Assembly: GCA_965217185.1 (NCBI GenBank)
Contig: OZ244252.1
Span: 3,392,001-3,456,000 of the forward strand
Direction of reading: 5' to 3'
Source of the DNA: an uncultured Candidatus Entotheonella sp.
GTDB lineage: Bacteria > Tectomicrobia > Entotheonellia > Entotheonellales > Entotheonellaceae
DNA length: 64,000 nucleotides
The translations under genes were made by a program, and so were the position numbers. The notes under the pieces are model-generated. The model did no database searches. It was not told the DNA's origin and was given only the letters and a program-made list of their open reading frames with translations. Shown piece by piece: positions 9,602-19,910 of this stretch; position 1 is the first letter of the stretch; the number at the start of each line of letters is the position of its first letter.

Positions 9602-11134
9602 ATGTCGGAACGATACATCCTGGCCCTCGATCAGGGCACCAGCAGCTCCCGCGCCCTGCTGTTCGACCGCAGCGGCAACGTCCTGCATCAGGCGCAACAA
9701 GCGCTCGCGTCGCACTTTCCGCAGCCGGGTTGGGTTGAACAGGACCCGACCGCGCTGTGGCAATCGCAACTTGGCGCGGCACGGCAGGTGTTACAAGAGG
9801 CTGGCGTGTCCGCTACCCAAATCGCTGCCCTCGGACTCACCAACCAGCGCGAGACCACCCTCATCTGGGACCGCCGCAGCGGCGAGCCGGTAGCCCCCGC
9901 CATCGTCTGGCAATGCCGCCGCACCGCGCCGCTCGTCGAGGCGCTGCGCGCACAGGGCTACGAGGCGGAGATCCGCCAACGCACCGGCCTGGTGCTGGAC
10001 GCCTATTTCTCCGCCACCAAGATGCGTTGGCTGCTCGATCACGCGCCCGGAGCGCGCCGACTCGCCAGTCAAGGGCAGTTGGCATTCGGAACCGTCGATA
10101 CCTGGCTGCTCTACCAGCTGAGCAGCGGCCGGCTGCACTGCACCGACGCTTCCAATGCCTCCCGAACGATGCTATACAACATCCACACCTGCGAGTGGGA
10201 CGACGACATTCTGCGTGCCCTGGACATTCCGGCAAGCCTGCTGCCCGAGGTGCGAGACTCCAGCGGCGATTTCGGCGCCACCACCGCGGCCTGCTTCGAC
10301 GGCACCGCGGTGCCCATCGGCGGCGTCATTGGCGATCAGCAAGGCGCCCTCTTCGGACAGGCGTGCTTCGCCCCCGGCATGGTCAAGAACACCTACGGCA
10401 CCGGCTCCTTCGTGCTGATGCACAACGGCGACCGTCCCGGACCCGTCCATGAGGGCTTGCTGACTACCATCGCCTGGCGCATCGGCGGGCGCACCAGCTA
10501 CGCCCTGGAGGGCAGCATTTTCATGACGGGCGCCACGATGCAATGGTTGCGGGATGAGTTGCAGATCATCGACAGCGCGGCAGAAAGTGAAACTTTGGCC
10601 GCCAGCGTGCCGGACACCGGCGGCGTCTATCTCGTGCCGGCGTTCACCGGCCTGGGAGCGCCGCACTGGGACATGTATGCACGCGGTTTACTGGTCGGCC
10701 TGACGCGCGGCACGAAGAAAGCGCATGTCGTCCGCGCCGCCCTGGAAGCCATGGCGTACCAAACGCGCGACGTCATCGACCGCATGGCGGCTGCCGCGGG
10801 CGTGAGGAGCGTTTCCACCTTGCGCGTCGACGGCGGAGCGGCGGCGAACGATCTGGCCATGCAGTTTCAGAGCGACCTCTTGCAGACCCCCGTGCAGCGC
10901 CCGAGGATGGTTGAAACCACCGCCTGGGGCGCCGCCTGCCTGGCCGGTCTGGCCGTCGGCTATTGGCGGGATCAGGACGAATTGACGGCGTGCTGGCACG
11001 CGGAGCGCGAATTCACACCCCGTATGCCTGCGGCCCGTTGCGAGGAGTTGTACGGCGGCTGGCAGGAGGCCGTGCGTCGCGCCGGTGGCTGGACGACGGC
11101 GCTCCCCGACATGGCGGAAGCGCAGGAGGGGTGA
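9602..11134 (+). CDS. glpK: Glycerol kinase
   Basis: LDQGTSSSRA, TNQRETT, AIVWQCRRT, GDQQGALFGQ, KNTYGTG, VDGGA. Confidence 0.97.
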   Translation: MSERYILALDQGTSSSRALLFDRSGNVLHQAQQALASHFPQPGWVEQDPTALWQSQLGAARQVLQEAGVSATQIAALGLTNQRETTLIWDRRSGEPVAPAIVWQCRRTAPLVEALRAQGYEAEIRQRTGLVLDAYFSATKMRWLLDHAPGARRLASQGQLAFGTVDTWLLYQLSSGRLHCTDASNASRTMLYNIHTCEWDDDILRALDIPASLLPEVRDSSGDFGATTAACFDGTAVPIGGVIGDQQGALFGQACFAPGMVKNTYGTGSFVLMHNGDRPGPVHEGLLTTIAWRIGGRTSYALEGSIFMTGATMQWLRDELQIIDSAAESETLAASVPDTGGVYLVPAFTGLGAPHWDMYARGLLVGLTRGTKKAHVVRAALEAMAYQTRDVIDRMAAAAGVRSVSTLRVDGGAAANDLAMQFQSDLLQTPVQRPRMVETTAWGAACLAGLAVGYWRDQDELTACWHAEREFTPRMPAARCEELYGGWQEAVRRAGGWTTALPDMAEAQEG

Positions 11135-11135
11135 G

Positions 11136-12164
11136 GTGAACCAGCGGATTGAGCAAAAACGTGTAGCGGTGATCGGTGCCGGCTCTTGGGGCACGGCGTT
11201 GGCCAATCACCTCGCCGAGCGCAGCCAACCGGTGACGCTGTGGGCGCGCGACGAGCGACTGGCCCGCCGCCTGGAAAGCGATCGGGAGAACGCCCCGTAC
11301 CTGCCCGGCGTCGCGCTGCAACCGCACGTCACGGCGACCAGCAACGTGGATGAGGCCGCTCGTGGGGTCGATACCTTCATCTCCGCGCTGCCGTCGCACG
11401 CGGTGCGAACCGTCTGGCGGCTGATGGCGCCGCTGTTGCCCGAGGCCGCCACACTGGTGAGCGCCACCAAGGGCATCGAGGCCGGTTCGTTGCTCACCAT
11501 GTCGCAGGTCTTGCAGGACACGTTGCCTGCCGACAAGTCCATCGATGTGGCCGTGCTGTCCGGCCCGTCCTTCGCCCACGAAGTCAGCAACAAGGCCCCC
11601 ACCGCCGTGGTTGCCGCGGCCCGCGACCACCGCTTGGCCGAAGCGGTGCAGCAGATGTTCAGCACCTCGGCGTTTCGGGTATACACCAGCACCGACGTGA
11701 TCGGCGTCGAGATCGGCGGCGCCCTCAAGAACGTCATGGCGTTGGCGGCCGGTGTCTGCGACGGGTTGAATCTCGGCGCCAATACCCGCGCCGCCCTCAT
11801 TACCCGCAGCTTGGCCGAGATGACGCAACTCGGCGTCGCCATGGGCGCCCGCGCGCAGACCTTTGCCGGTCTGTCCGGCCTTGGCGATCTGGTCTTGACC
11901 TGCACGGGCCAGCGCAGTCGCAACCACAGCGTCGGCGTGCAGCTTGGACAGGGTAGGAAGCTGCCCGCTATTCTGTCGCCCATGCGGATGGTGGCGGAAG
12001 GGGTGACCACCGCCGGCAGCGTGGTGGCGCTTGCTAGTCGCCATCGCGTGGAAATGCCGATCGCGGAGAAGGTCAATGCCCTCCTGCAAGGGCACATCTC
12101 ACCCCACGAGGCGGTGATGGAACTGATGACGCGCACCCTGAAGCACGAGGAACCGATGCCGTGA
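11136..12164 (+). CDS. gpsA: NAD(P)H-dependent glycerol-3-phosphate dehydrogenase
   Basis: GAGSWGTALA, SATKGIE, SGPSFA, GGALKNV, GLGDLVLTC, SRN, VAEG; GTG start just after the glpK stop. Confidence 0.96.
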   Translation: MNQRIEQKRVAVIGAGSWGTALANHLAERSQPVTLWARDERLARRLESDRENAPYLPGVALQPHVTATSNVDEAARGVDTFISALPSHAVRTVWRLMAPLLPEAATLVSATKGIEAGSLLTMSQVLQDTLPADKSIDVAVLSGPSFAHEVSNKAPTAVVAAARDHRLAEAVQQMFSTSAFRVYTSTDVIGVEIGGALKNVMALAAGVCDGLNLGANTRAALITRSLAEMTQLGVAMGARAQTFAGLSGLGDLVLTCTGQRSRNHSVGVQLGQGRKLPAILSPMRMVAEGVTTAGSVVALASRHRVEMPIAEKVNALLQGHISPHEAVMELMTRTLKHEEPMP

Positions 12165-12934
12165 ACCGCGAACAATTGGCCGATTTACTGCACCGCGTCG
12201 CCGCCGGTAGCACCACGCCGGAAGAGGGGCTGACCCAGCTTCGCTTCCTGCCGTTCGAGGACCTGGGTTTTGCGCACGTGGACCACCACCGCAGCCTGCG
12301 GCAGGGCATCCCGGAGGTCATCTACGGAGCCGGCAAAACGGTGGACCAGATCACGGCCATCGCCGAGCGCATCCTCAACCAGAACAGCGATCTGCTCGCC
12401 ACGCGGGTTTCGCCGGAAGCCGCCGAAGCTCTCCTCGCATTGGATCCGCGCGCCGAATACAGCGCCATCGCGCGCACCGTGGTGGTGCGGCACGAACCCG
12501 GTAAAGTGACGAAGGGGATGGTTCTGATCGCGGCCGCCGGCACGTCTGATTTACCTGTCGCCGAGGAAGCGGCGGTGACCGCCCGCGCTCTGGGAAGCAC
12601 CGTGCAGACGGCGTATGACGTGGGCGTGGCGGGGTTGCACCGTCTCCTGGCAAAGCGGGATCTGCTGGTGTCGGCCCGGGTGATCGTGGTCGTCGCGGGC
12701 ATGGAAGGCGCGCTGCCCAGCGTGGTGGGCGGCCTGGTAGACAAGCCCGTCATCGCCGTGCCCACCAGCGTCGGGTACGGCGCCCATTTCCAGGGACTGG
12801 CGCCGCTGCTGGCCATGCTCAACAGTTGCGCGTCCGGGGTGGCCGTGGTGAACATCGACAACGGCTTCGGGGCGGGCTATATGGCCCATACCATCAATCT
12901 GATCGGGGAAAAGCCGCCGCCCGACGCCGCGTGA
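12161..12934 (+). CDS. larB: Nickel-pincer cofactor biosynthesis protein LarB
   Basis: DHHRSLRQGIPEVIYGAGKT, AGTSDLPVAEEA, DVGVAGLHRL, AGMEGALPSV, PTSVGYG, VVNIDNGFGA. Confidence 0.95.
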   Translation: MNREQLADLLHRVAAGSTTPEEGLTQLRFLPFEDLGFAHVDHHRSLRQGIPEVIYGAGKTVDQITAIAERILNQNSDLLATRVSPEAAEALLALDPRAEYSAIARTVVVRHEPGKVTKGMVLIAAAGTSDLPVAEEAAVTARALGSTVQTAYDVGVAGLHRLLAKRDLLVSARVIVVVAGMEGALPSVVGGLVDKPVIAVPTSVGYGAHFQGLAPLLAMLNSCASGVAVVNIDNGFGAGYMAHTINLIGEKPPPDAA

Positions 12935-12942
12935 GGGCAAGC

Positions 12943-14097
12943 ATGCGTATCGCTCATGTACACGGTCACGGCGGCCTCAGCGCCCCCTTGCTGCTGGGCG
13001 CGTGTCTGGACGCCGGCGCCTCGCTCGCCGCCATCGAGGAAGGCTGGCGGTCACTGGGCCTACCCGCCGCGCAAGCGTTCCCGGCACGCGTGACCTTCCC
13101 ACAGGGCGCTGCCACTCGGACCGACTTCACGCCTGACCAGACCGCCGATTTCCTCAACCAGCAATCCATGACGGCCTTGCTCGCCCGCATCGACGGCAGC
13201 GGGCTTGCCGACAAGGCCAAGCAGCGTCTGTCAGCCATGCTGAGCCGCTATGCCGCCGCCTTCGACCGCGTGTACGGTGGCGAAGCAGCCATGCGCTCCG
13301 AGCATCTGCCTGAAATCGTCCATCTCGGCAGCGGCGTGATCCTGGCGTTGGAAGAGCTGGGCATCGACGAAGTCGTTGCGGCGCCCCTGCCGCTCGGGAA
13401 TCAGGCCGGGGACACGCCGTTCCTGCACCCGATGATCGCCGAACTCTGCCGGGGCGCATCCGTTCACGGCCAGCAACAAGCCGGGCAGCCGATGACCGTC
13501 GGCGGTGCCGCCATTCTCACCGCTATCGCCGCCCGTTATGGGCCGTTGCCCGCCATGACCCTCACCGCCACAGGCTACGGGGCACAAGACGGCTCCCCAG
13601 ATGCCCCACAACTGCAAATTGTGCTTGGCGACCGGGAAGGTCAGGCGGACGCCGAATGGATCGCCATCATTGAGACCCATATCGACGACATGAACCCGGA
13701 ACTTTACGAGGCCGTATTCGAGCGCCTCTTTGCCCGCGGCGCCTTGGACGTCACGCTGACACCGTTGTTCATGAAGAAAAACCGGCCCGCCAACAAGCTG
13801 ACGGTCCTGTCGCCCCTCCCCCACGTCAACGAGCTCTCGCGCCTGATTTTGCAGCACACGTCGAGTTTTGGCGTACGGGTGCACGAAGCGTGGCGCCACA
13901 AGCTGGAGCGGTTTCACCGTCAGGTCGACACCCGCTACGGCCGCATCGCCGTGAAGTGCGGCACCCTGGACGGCCGTATCGTGCAGGCGGCACCGGAATA
14001 CGACGCCTGCAAGCAAGCGGCACGAGAGCATGGCGCTCCGGTGCGGCTGGTATATGCCGAAGCCGCCCGTCTGGCATCGTCCTGGCTGACCTCCTGA
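12943..14097 (+). CDS. larC: LarC-like nickel insertion protein with divergent N-terminal domain
   Basis: C-terminal ETHIDDMNPE, MKKNRP, TSSFGVR, APEYDAC; directly follows larB. Confidence 0.85.
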   Translation: MRIAHVHGHGGLSAPLLLGACLDAGASLAAIEEGWRSLGLPAAQAFPARVTFPQGAATRTDFTPDQTADFLNQQSMTALLARIDGSGLADKAKQRLSAMLSRYAAAFDRVYGGEAAMRSEHLPEIVHLGSGVILALEELGIDEVVAAPLPLGNQAGDTPFLHPMIAELCRGASVHGQQQAGQPMTVGGAAILTAIAARYGPLPAMTLTATGYGAQDGSPDAPQLQIVLGDREGQADAEWIAIIETHIDDMNPELYEAVFERLFARGALDVTLTPLFMKKNRPANKLTVLSPLPHVNELSRLILQHTSSFGVRVHEAWRHKLERFHRQVDTRYGRIAVKCGTLDGRIVQAAPEYDACKQAAREHGAPVRLVYAEAARLASSWLTS

Positions 14098-14230
14098 TGA
14101 ATTCGCGGGTCGCGCCAGACAGTGACCCTCGTGACCCGTGTGCCGTTTGCAGCACCGGCCAAAACGCACTATGCTGACACCTCACTGAACACCCCCATTA
14201 CACAAAATCACCCCATAGCGGAGAACAAAC

Positions 14231-14938
14231 ATGGAGCGCGACGTCGTCGCCGTGTTCGGCGCCCATCCCGATGACCTGGATTGGGCCGCCGGCGGCACCG
14301 CAGCCGTTTGGGCCAAGCAGGGCAAGGAAGTGTATTACGTACTGACCACCAGCGGCGAGAGCGGTGAGGATCACATCGGCAAGCGGACGTTGTCACGGGC
14401 GGAAATGGCCGACATCCGCGAAGCCGAGCAGCACATCGCCGCCGGCGTTCTGGGCGTCAAGGAGGTCGTTTTCCTGCGCCTCCCCGACGGGCGGCTGGAG
14501 CCCAACCTGCAACTGCGCGACTGCCTCGTCAACGTGCTGCGGCGCCTGAAGCCGAACATCGTCATCAGCCTTGAACCGACCCAAGGGGGATTCGACAATT
14601 TCTACCTGTACCACCCCGACCACCGCGCCACCGCCATCGCCCTGTACGACGCCATCTACCCCGCCGCCGGCACCGCCACCTACGTTCCCGAACCCGACAC
14701 CGGACTGCCGCCGCACTGGGTGCGCGAGGTCTATTTCAGCGCCGCCGCCAACCCCGACACGTACGTGGATATCACGGACGCCATCGACCTCAAGGTGCAG
14801 GCGCTGACCAGCCACCGCAGCCAGATCACCGACCCCGAGCGGATCGCCGGCTTCGTGCGCGAGTGGGCCACCAAACACGGCGCTGAGGCCGGCTGCGCCT
14901 ACGCCGAGGCGTTCCGCCGCCTCGAGGTGCCGCAGTGA
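14231..14938 (+). CDS. PIG-L/LmbE family deacetylase
   Basis: AHPDD, TSGESG, REAEQ, HPDH, HRSQ motifs. Confidence 0.9.
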   Translation: MERDVVAVFGAHPDDLDWAAGGTAAVWAKQGKEVYYVLTTSGESGEDHIGKRTLSRAEMADIREAEQHIAAGVLGVKEVVFLRLPDGRLEPNLQLRDCLVNVLRRLKPNIVISLEPTQGGFDNFYLYHPDHRATAIALYDAIYPAAGTATYVPEPDTGLPPHWVREVYFSAAANPDTYVDITDAIDLKVQALTSHRSQITDPERIAGFVREWATKHGAEAGCAYAEAFRRLEVPQ

Positions 14939-14988
14939 GGCGCACGGCGCCATCCACTCCTTCGTCCCATGCCGAGTGAGCCGCCACG

Positions 14989-16599
14989 ATGGACATCCTG
15001 CAGTCGCGTATCGACACGGAAAGCCCCGATTTCAAGCGCAACACGGCGCACAATCTGGAGCAGGCCGAATGCCTGCGCGAGGCGCTTCGTCGGGTGCGTG
15101 AAGGCGGCGGGGAGCGGGCCGTAGCCCTGCACCGGCAGCGCGGCAAGCTGCTGGCTCGTGAGCGCATTGACGCTCTGCTCGACCCCGGCGCCCCGTTTCT
15201 GGAACTCTCCCCCCTGGCCGCTCACGACGTGTATGACGGCGCTGCCCCCGGCGCCGGTATCGTCACCGGCATCGGCGCCGTACACGGCACCGAGGCGATG
15301 ATCATCGCCAACGACGCCACCGTGAAGGGCGGCACCTACTTTCCCCTCACCGTCAAGAAGCACCTCCGGGCGCAGGAAGTCGCGCGCGACAACCGCCTGC
15401 CGTGCATCTATCTCGTCGATTCCGGCGGCGCCTTCCTGCCCCTGCAGGCCGAGGTGTTCCCCGACCGCGAGCACTTCGGGCGCATCTTTTACAATCAGGC
15501 CACCATGTCGGCCGCCGGCATCCCGCAGATCGCCGTCGTCATGGGCTCCTGCACGGCGGGCGGCGCCTACGTTCCCGCCATGTCCGACGAGACGATCATC
15601 GTGCGCAACCAGGGCACGATTTTCCTCGCCGGCCCGCCGTTGGTGAAGGCGTCGACCGGCGAGGACGTCAGCGCCGAGGAACTCGGCGGCGGCCTGATGC
15701 ACGCCAGCCGCTCCGGGGTTACCGATCACCTGGCCGACGACGACGCGCACGCCCTCGAAATCTGCCGCAGCATCGTCGAAAACCTCAACGACACCCGCCG
15801 CCCGGTGTGCAGCATCGAGCCGCCAGAGGAACCGCTCTACGACCCGCGCGAGTGCTACGGCCTCCTGCCGCCGACGCCGCGCCAGCCCTACGACGTGCGG
15901 GAAATCATCGCCCGCCTGGTGGACGGCTCGCGTTTTCACGAGTTCAAATCGCTGTACGGCACCACGCTGGTGTGCGGCTTTGCCCGCCTGGAGGGCTATC
16001 CGGTCGGCATCCTGGCCAACAACGGCGTGCTGTTTTCCGACTCGTCCCTCAAGGGCACGCACTTCATCGAGTTGTGCGACCAGCGGAGGATTCCACTCCT
16101 GTTCCTGCAAAACATCGCCGGGTTCATGGTCGGGGTGCAGGCTGAAAGTGCCGGTATCGCCAAGGACGGCGCCAAGATGGTCATGGCCGTGGCCAACACC
16201 CAGGTGCCGCGCTTCACCCTGATCATCGGCGGCTCGTTCGGAGCCGGCAACTACGGCATGTGCGGGCGCGCCTACAGCCCGAGGCTGCTGTTCTCGTGGC
16301 CGAGCGCGCGCATCTCCGTGATGGGCGGCGAGCAGGCGGCGGGCGTGCTGCTGACGGTGAAGCAGGAGCAATTGCGAACGCGCGGCCAGCCCGAGCTCGA
16401 CGCGGCGGCACAGGTGGCCTTCAAGCAGCCCATCCTCGACACCTACGAGCACGAGGGCTCGCCCTACTACGCCACCGCGCGGCTGTGGGACGACGGCATT
16501 CTCGACCCGCTGGAGACCCGCCGGGTGCTGGGCTTGTCGATCGCCATGGCCATGAAGCAGCCCGTGGGGTCCCCGCGCTACGGCATCTTCCGCATGTAA
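14989..16599 (+). CDS. liuB: Methylcrotonyl-CoA carboxylase-type carboxyltransferase (beta) subunit
   Basis: [54 protein letters not shown]-terminus. Confidence 0.9.
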   Translation: MDILQSRIDTESPDFKRNTAHNLEQAECLREALRRVREGGGERAVALHRQRGKLLARERIDALLDPGAPFLELSPLAAHDVYDGAAPGAGIVTGIGAVHGTEAMIIANDATVKGGTYFPLTVKKHLRAQEVARDNRLPCIYLVDSGGAFLPLQAEVFPDREHFGRIFYNQATMSAAGIPQIAVVMGSCTAGGAYVPAMSDETIIVRNQGTIFLAGPPLVKASTGEDVSAEELGGGLMHASRSGVTDHLADDDAHALEICRSIVENLNDTRRPVCSIEPPEEPLYDPRECYGLLPPTPRQPYDVREIIARLVDGSRFHEFKSLYGTTLVCGFARLEGYPVGILANNGVLFSDSSLKGTHFIELCDQRRIPLLFLQNIAGFMVGVQAESAGIAKDGAKMVMAVANTQVPRFTLIIGGSFGAGNYGMCGRAYSPRLLFSWPSARISVMGGEQAAGVLLTVKQEQLRTRGQPELDAAAQVAFKQPILDTYEHEGSPYYATARLWDDGILDPLETRRVLGLSIAMAMKQPVGSPRYGIFRM

Positions 16600-16607
16600 G
16601 GTATCCC

Positions 16608-18125
16608 ATGCAAAAGCTGCTGATTGCCAACCGAGGCGAAATCGCGGTGCGCATCATGCGCGCGGCGCGCGAGTTCGGCCTGCGCACCGTGGCGGTGTAC
16701 TCGACGGCGGACCGCGAGGCGCCGCACACCCAACTGGCGGACGAGGCGTTTCACCTCGGCCCGCCGGAGCCGGCGCAGAGCTACCTGGATATGTCCCGCC
16801 TCCTTGAAGCGGCGCGGGCTTGCGGCGCCGATGCGCTGCACCCGGGATACGGCTTCCTGTCCGAGAATTCGGCATTTGCCGCGGCGTGTGAGCAGGCCGG
16901 GCTGATTTTCGTCGGCCCCAGCGCCGCGGCCATCCGCGACATGGGCTCGAAAATCGTCTCCAAACAGATCGCCGAGCGCGCCGGGGTGCCGGTCATTCCC
17001 AGTTTCCAGTCGCCCGATGCGGCCAGCTTGGCTCGTGAGGCGCCGCAAGCGGCGGAGCGGCTCGGCTATCCGGTGCTGGTGAAGGCGGCGGCCGGCGGCG
17101 GCGGCAAGGGTATGCGCATCGTCGAACGTGCCTCGGAACTGCCGGCTGCGCTCGAAGCTGGCGCGCGCGAGGCGCAACAGGCGTTCGGCGACGCCGCGCT
17201 GCTGCTCGAAACCTACATCGACCGCCCGCGGCACGTAGAGGTGCAGGTGCTCGGCGACCACTTCGGCAACCGGGTTCACCTGTTCGAGCGTGAGTGCTCG
17301 ATCCAACGGCGGCACCAGAAAATCGTCGAAGAGGCGCCCTCGCCAGCAGTGGACAGCGACCTGCGGCAACGCTTGACGGACGCCGCGCTGCGCCTCGCCG
17401 ACGCCGTGGATTACACCAGTGCCGGCACGGTCGAGTTCCTGCTGGCGCCGGACGGCGCGTTCTATTTCCTCGAAATGAACACCCGGTTGCAGGTCGAGCA
17501 CGCCATCACCGAGCAGGTCAGCGGCGTCGACCTCGTGCACCAACAGTTGCGCATTGCCGGCGGCGAGCCCCTGACGTTCACCCAGGCGCAGTTGACGCAG
17601 CGCGGCCACGCCATCGAGTGCCGCTTGTACGCCGAGAATCCCGCCAACGGCTTCCTGCCCGCCACTGGCCGCGTCCGTGTCCTGCGCGAGCCGCACGGGC
17701 CGGGGTGCCGCATCGACAGCGGTCTGGCCCTGGATCAGGAGATCACCCCGTACTACGATCCCATCCTGGCGAAGCTCATCACCCACGGCGCGACGCGGGA
17801 GGAGGCGCGGCTGCGCATGGGCGCCCTGCTGCGCGATTACGTGGTTCTCGGCCTGGCCACCAACCGCGAGTTCCTCCTCGACGTGATCGAGTCGGAAGCG
17901 TTCGCCGCCGGGGATACCAACACGGCGTTCATTGAACGGCATTTTGCCGCCTGGCAGCCCGCCGCATCCGTGCCGGCGGACGTCCTGGCACTGGCCGCAC
18001 TTGGGGACCTGTTACAGCGTGAAAACGGGTCGGGCACGCCCATTGCCGGGTTCGCGAGTGCTGGCCAAGCCGCCTCGAACCCGTGGACGCGGCATGATAG
18101 TTGGCGAGTGGGAGCCCTGCGTTGA
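16608..18125 (+). CDS. Acyl-CoA carboxylase biotin carboxylase subunit (MCC alpha, N-terminal part)
   Basis: LIANRGEIA, HPGYGFLSEN, GGGGKGMR, RECSIQRRHQK, FLEMNTRLQVEH; no biotinyl domain. Confidence 0.92.
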   Translation: MQKLLIANRGEIAVRIMRAAREFGLRTVAVYSTADREAPHTQLADEAFHLGPPEPAQSYLDMSRLLEAARACGADALHPGYGFLSENSAFAAACEQAGLIFVGPSAAAIRDMGSKIVSKQIAERAGVPVIPSFQSPDAASLAREAPQAAERLGYPVLVKAAAGGGGKGMRIVERASELPAALEAGAREAQQAFGDAALLLETYIDRPRHVEVQVLGDHFGNRVHLFERECSIQRRHQKIVEEAPSPAVDSDLRQRLTDAALRLADAVDYTSAGTVEFLLAPDGAFYFLEMNTRLQVEHAITEQVSGVDLVHQQLRIAGGEPLTFTQAQLTQRGHAIECRLYAENPANGFLPATGRVRVLREPHGPGCRIDSGLALDQEITPYYDPILAKLITHGATREEARLRMGALLRDYVVLGLATNREFLLDVIESEAFAAGDTNTAFIERHFAAWQPAASVPADVLALAALGDLLQRENGSGTPIAGFASAGQAASNPWTRHDSWRVGALR

Positions 18126-18592
18126 GGTACACGTACCGCATCCCTGGCGAGGACGAGGCCGTTGAGGTCAATATCACGTCGCTGGACGATCCGGAAGCCG
18201 GCTACCGCGTTACGGTGCGCGACCGCGTTTTCGACCTCCCGTCCGGAAGCCTGCGCCGCGCCGCTTTTCTCAGACAAGCCGGCGAGATCACCGTGCAGGT
18301 CGACGGGCGCGAGTACCGCCTTTACGACGGCAGGCAGCGCCGCGGCGCGCCCACGAGTGCACCGGGCGATCTGCACGCCCCCATGGCCGGGCGCATCATC
18401 CGCGTACTGGCCAAGGCGGGCGACAGCGTTCAGGCCGGGGATACCCTGCTCATTCTGGAGGCGATGAAGATGGAGCAGCAGATCGCCGCGCCGCACGACG
18501 GCACGGTGGCCAGCCTGCTGTGCGAGGAAGGCGACCAGGTAGCCGCAGGCCAGGAGCTTGCGGTGTTGGAAGAAAGTAAAGATGAGAAGTAA
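18122..18592 (+). CDS. Biotin carboxyl carrier protein
   Basis: APMAG and EAMKME biotinylation motif; TTG start overlaps the upstream TGA. Confidence 0.88.
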   Translation: MRYTYRIPGEDEAVEVNITSLDDPEAGYRVTVRDRVFDLPSGSLRRAAFLRQAGEITVQVDGREYRLYDGRQRRGAPTSAPGDLHAPMAGRIIRVLAKAGDSVQAGDTLLILEAMKMEQQIAAPHDGTVASLLCEEGDQVAAGQELAVLEESKDEK

Positions 18593-18599
18593 GCCTTTG

Positions 18600-18634
18600 A
18601 CTAACCACTAATCACTGGTCACTGACCACTGGCT
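18600..18634. repeat. Five tandem degenerate heptamers (ACTRRYC consensus)
   Basis: actaacc actaatc actggtc actgacc actggct. Confidence 0.7.
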
Positions 18635-18648
18635 TGAGGAGATCGATC

Positions 18649-19443
18649 ATGCCCAAGGCGCACGTGAACGGCATTGACATGTACTACGAATACCAGGGCA
18701 GCGGCCTGCCGGTGCTCTTTTCGCACAGCTTCACCAGCGATTGCACCATGTGGAGCCTGCAAACGCCGGTGTTCAGCAAGCGCTATCAGTTCATCACCTA
18801 CGACATCCGAGGCATGGGCCGCACCGACAGCCCGGCGGGTCCGTATTCGTTGGATCAGCACACCGAGGACCTGTACCAGTTGGTGCGGCATCTGGGGCTC
18901 AGCGAGTTCGTGCTCGGCGGGTTGTCCATCGGCGGCATGATTACCGTGCATTTCGCGCTGGCGCACCAGGCATTGCTGAAGGGCGCCATCATCGCAGACA
19001 GCGCCGCGGCGCGCCCGGACACGCCGCTGCTCACCAATCCCGACGACATGATCGACCTGGCGCAGCGCCTCGGCATGGCCGGGCTGGCGGACCACATGAT
19101 CGACAACCGGCTGCTGGCGCCGCACTTGCAGGATAATCCCTACGCCATCAAGGAATACCGCGACCGCATGGCGCAGAACAACGTCATCGGCTACTGTAGC
19201 GGCCTGCGGGCGTTGTCGCGTATGCGGGACCGCGCTGGCGAGATTGGGCAGATCACGGTGCCAACGCTGATCATTGTCGGCGACATGGACGAGCCGTTCG
19301 TCGAGCCGTCGAAACTGATGCACAGCCGTATCGCCGGCTCGAAACTGGTCATCATTCCCGGCGCCGGCCATCTGGCGAACATCGAACAACCAGCCGTCTT
19401 TACCGATGCGGTCATGTCGTTTCTGGACGGCTTGCCGGCTTGA
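18649..19443 (+). CDS. Alpha/beta hydrolase (3-oxoadipate enol-lactonase-like)
   Basis: YDIRGMGRT, GLSIGG nucleophile elbow, IVGDMD, AGHLANIEQP. Confidence 0.85.
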   Translation: MPKAHVNGIDMYYEYQGSGLPVLFSHSFTSDCTMWSLQTPVFSKRYQFITYDIRGMGRTDSPAGPYSLDQHTEDLYQLVRHLGLSEFVLGGLSIGGMITVHFALAHQALLKGAIIADSAAARPDTPLLTNPDDMIDLAQRLGMAGLADHMIDNRLLAPHLQDNPYAIKEYRDRMAQNNVIGYCSGLRALSRMRDRAGEIGQITVPTLIIVGDMDEPFVEPSKLMHSRIAGSKLVIIPGAGHLANIEQPAVFTDAVMSFLDGLPA

Positions 19444-19492
19444 CCCCCCAAACCGGTCTTTGTGTTCTGAGAGCCATTGGAGGAACCACAAC

Positions 19493-19876
19493 ATGGCTGA
19501 TGAATTTGTTCGCAAGGAGCACTTCGACGAATACGTCCTGCGAACGGACGAGCGCTTTCTCGGCCTCGAAAAGCGCATGGACCAAGGATTTGCCCACGCT
19601 GAAAAGGCGCGGGGGCAGAACTTTGTTCACATGAACCAGCGTTTTGATGACCTGCTCCAAGGCATCGATCAACGTTTCGAGGGCATCAACCACCGCTTCG
19701 ACGGCATCAACCAGCGCTTTGACAGCCTGGAAAGGCGCATGGAGGAAGGCTTTTCCGAACTCCGCGCGGACATGCGCCAGATGCGTAATTGGCTGGTGTG
19801 GCTTTTTGGTCTGGTGGTCTTTGGCTTTATCGGTTCAATCGTGCTGATCTTGTTCAGGGATCTGATTCTCAAGTAG
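19493..19876 (+). CDS. Small coiled-coil protein with C-terminal TM anchor (DUF1640/CCDC90-like)
   Basis: GGAGG RBS; heptad repeats (GIDQRFE/GINHRFD/GINQRFD); hydrophobic C-terminus. Confidence 0.7.
   Translation: MADEFVRKEHFDEYVLRTDERFLGLEKRMDQGFAHAEKARGQNFVHMNQRFDDLLQGIDQRFEGINHRFDGINQRFDSLERRMEEGFSELRADMRQMRNWLVWLFGLVVFGFIGSIVLILFRDLILK
19661..19723 (+). repeat. Three 21-bp coding tandem repeats
   Basis: ggcatcgatcaacgtttcgag / ggcatcaaccaccgcttcgac / ggcatcaaccagcgctttgac. Confidence 0.8.
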
Positions 19877-19910
19877 CTCGTTACGGCTGACTCGTAACTA
19901 AGGAATTCTC

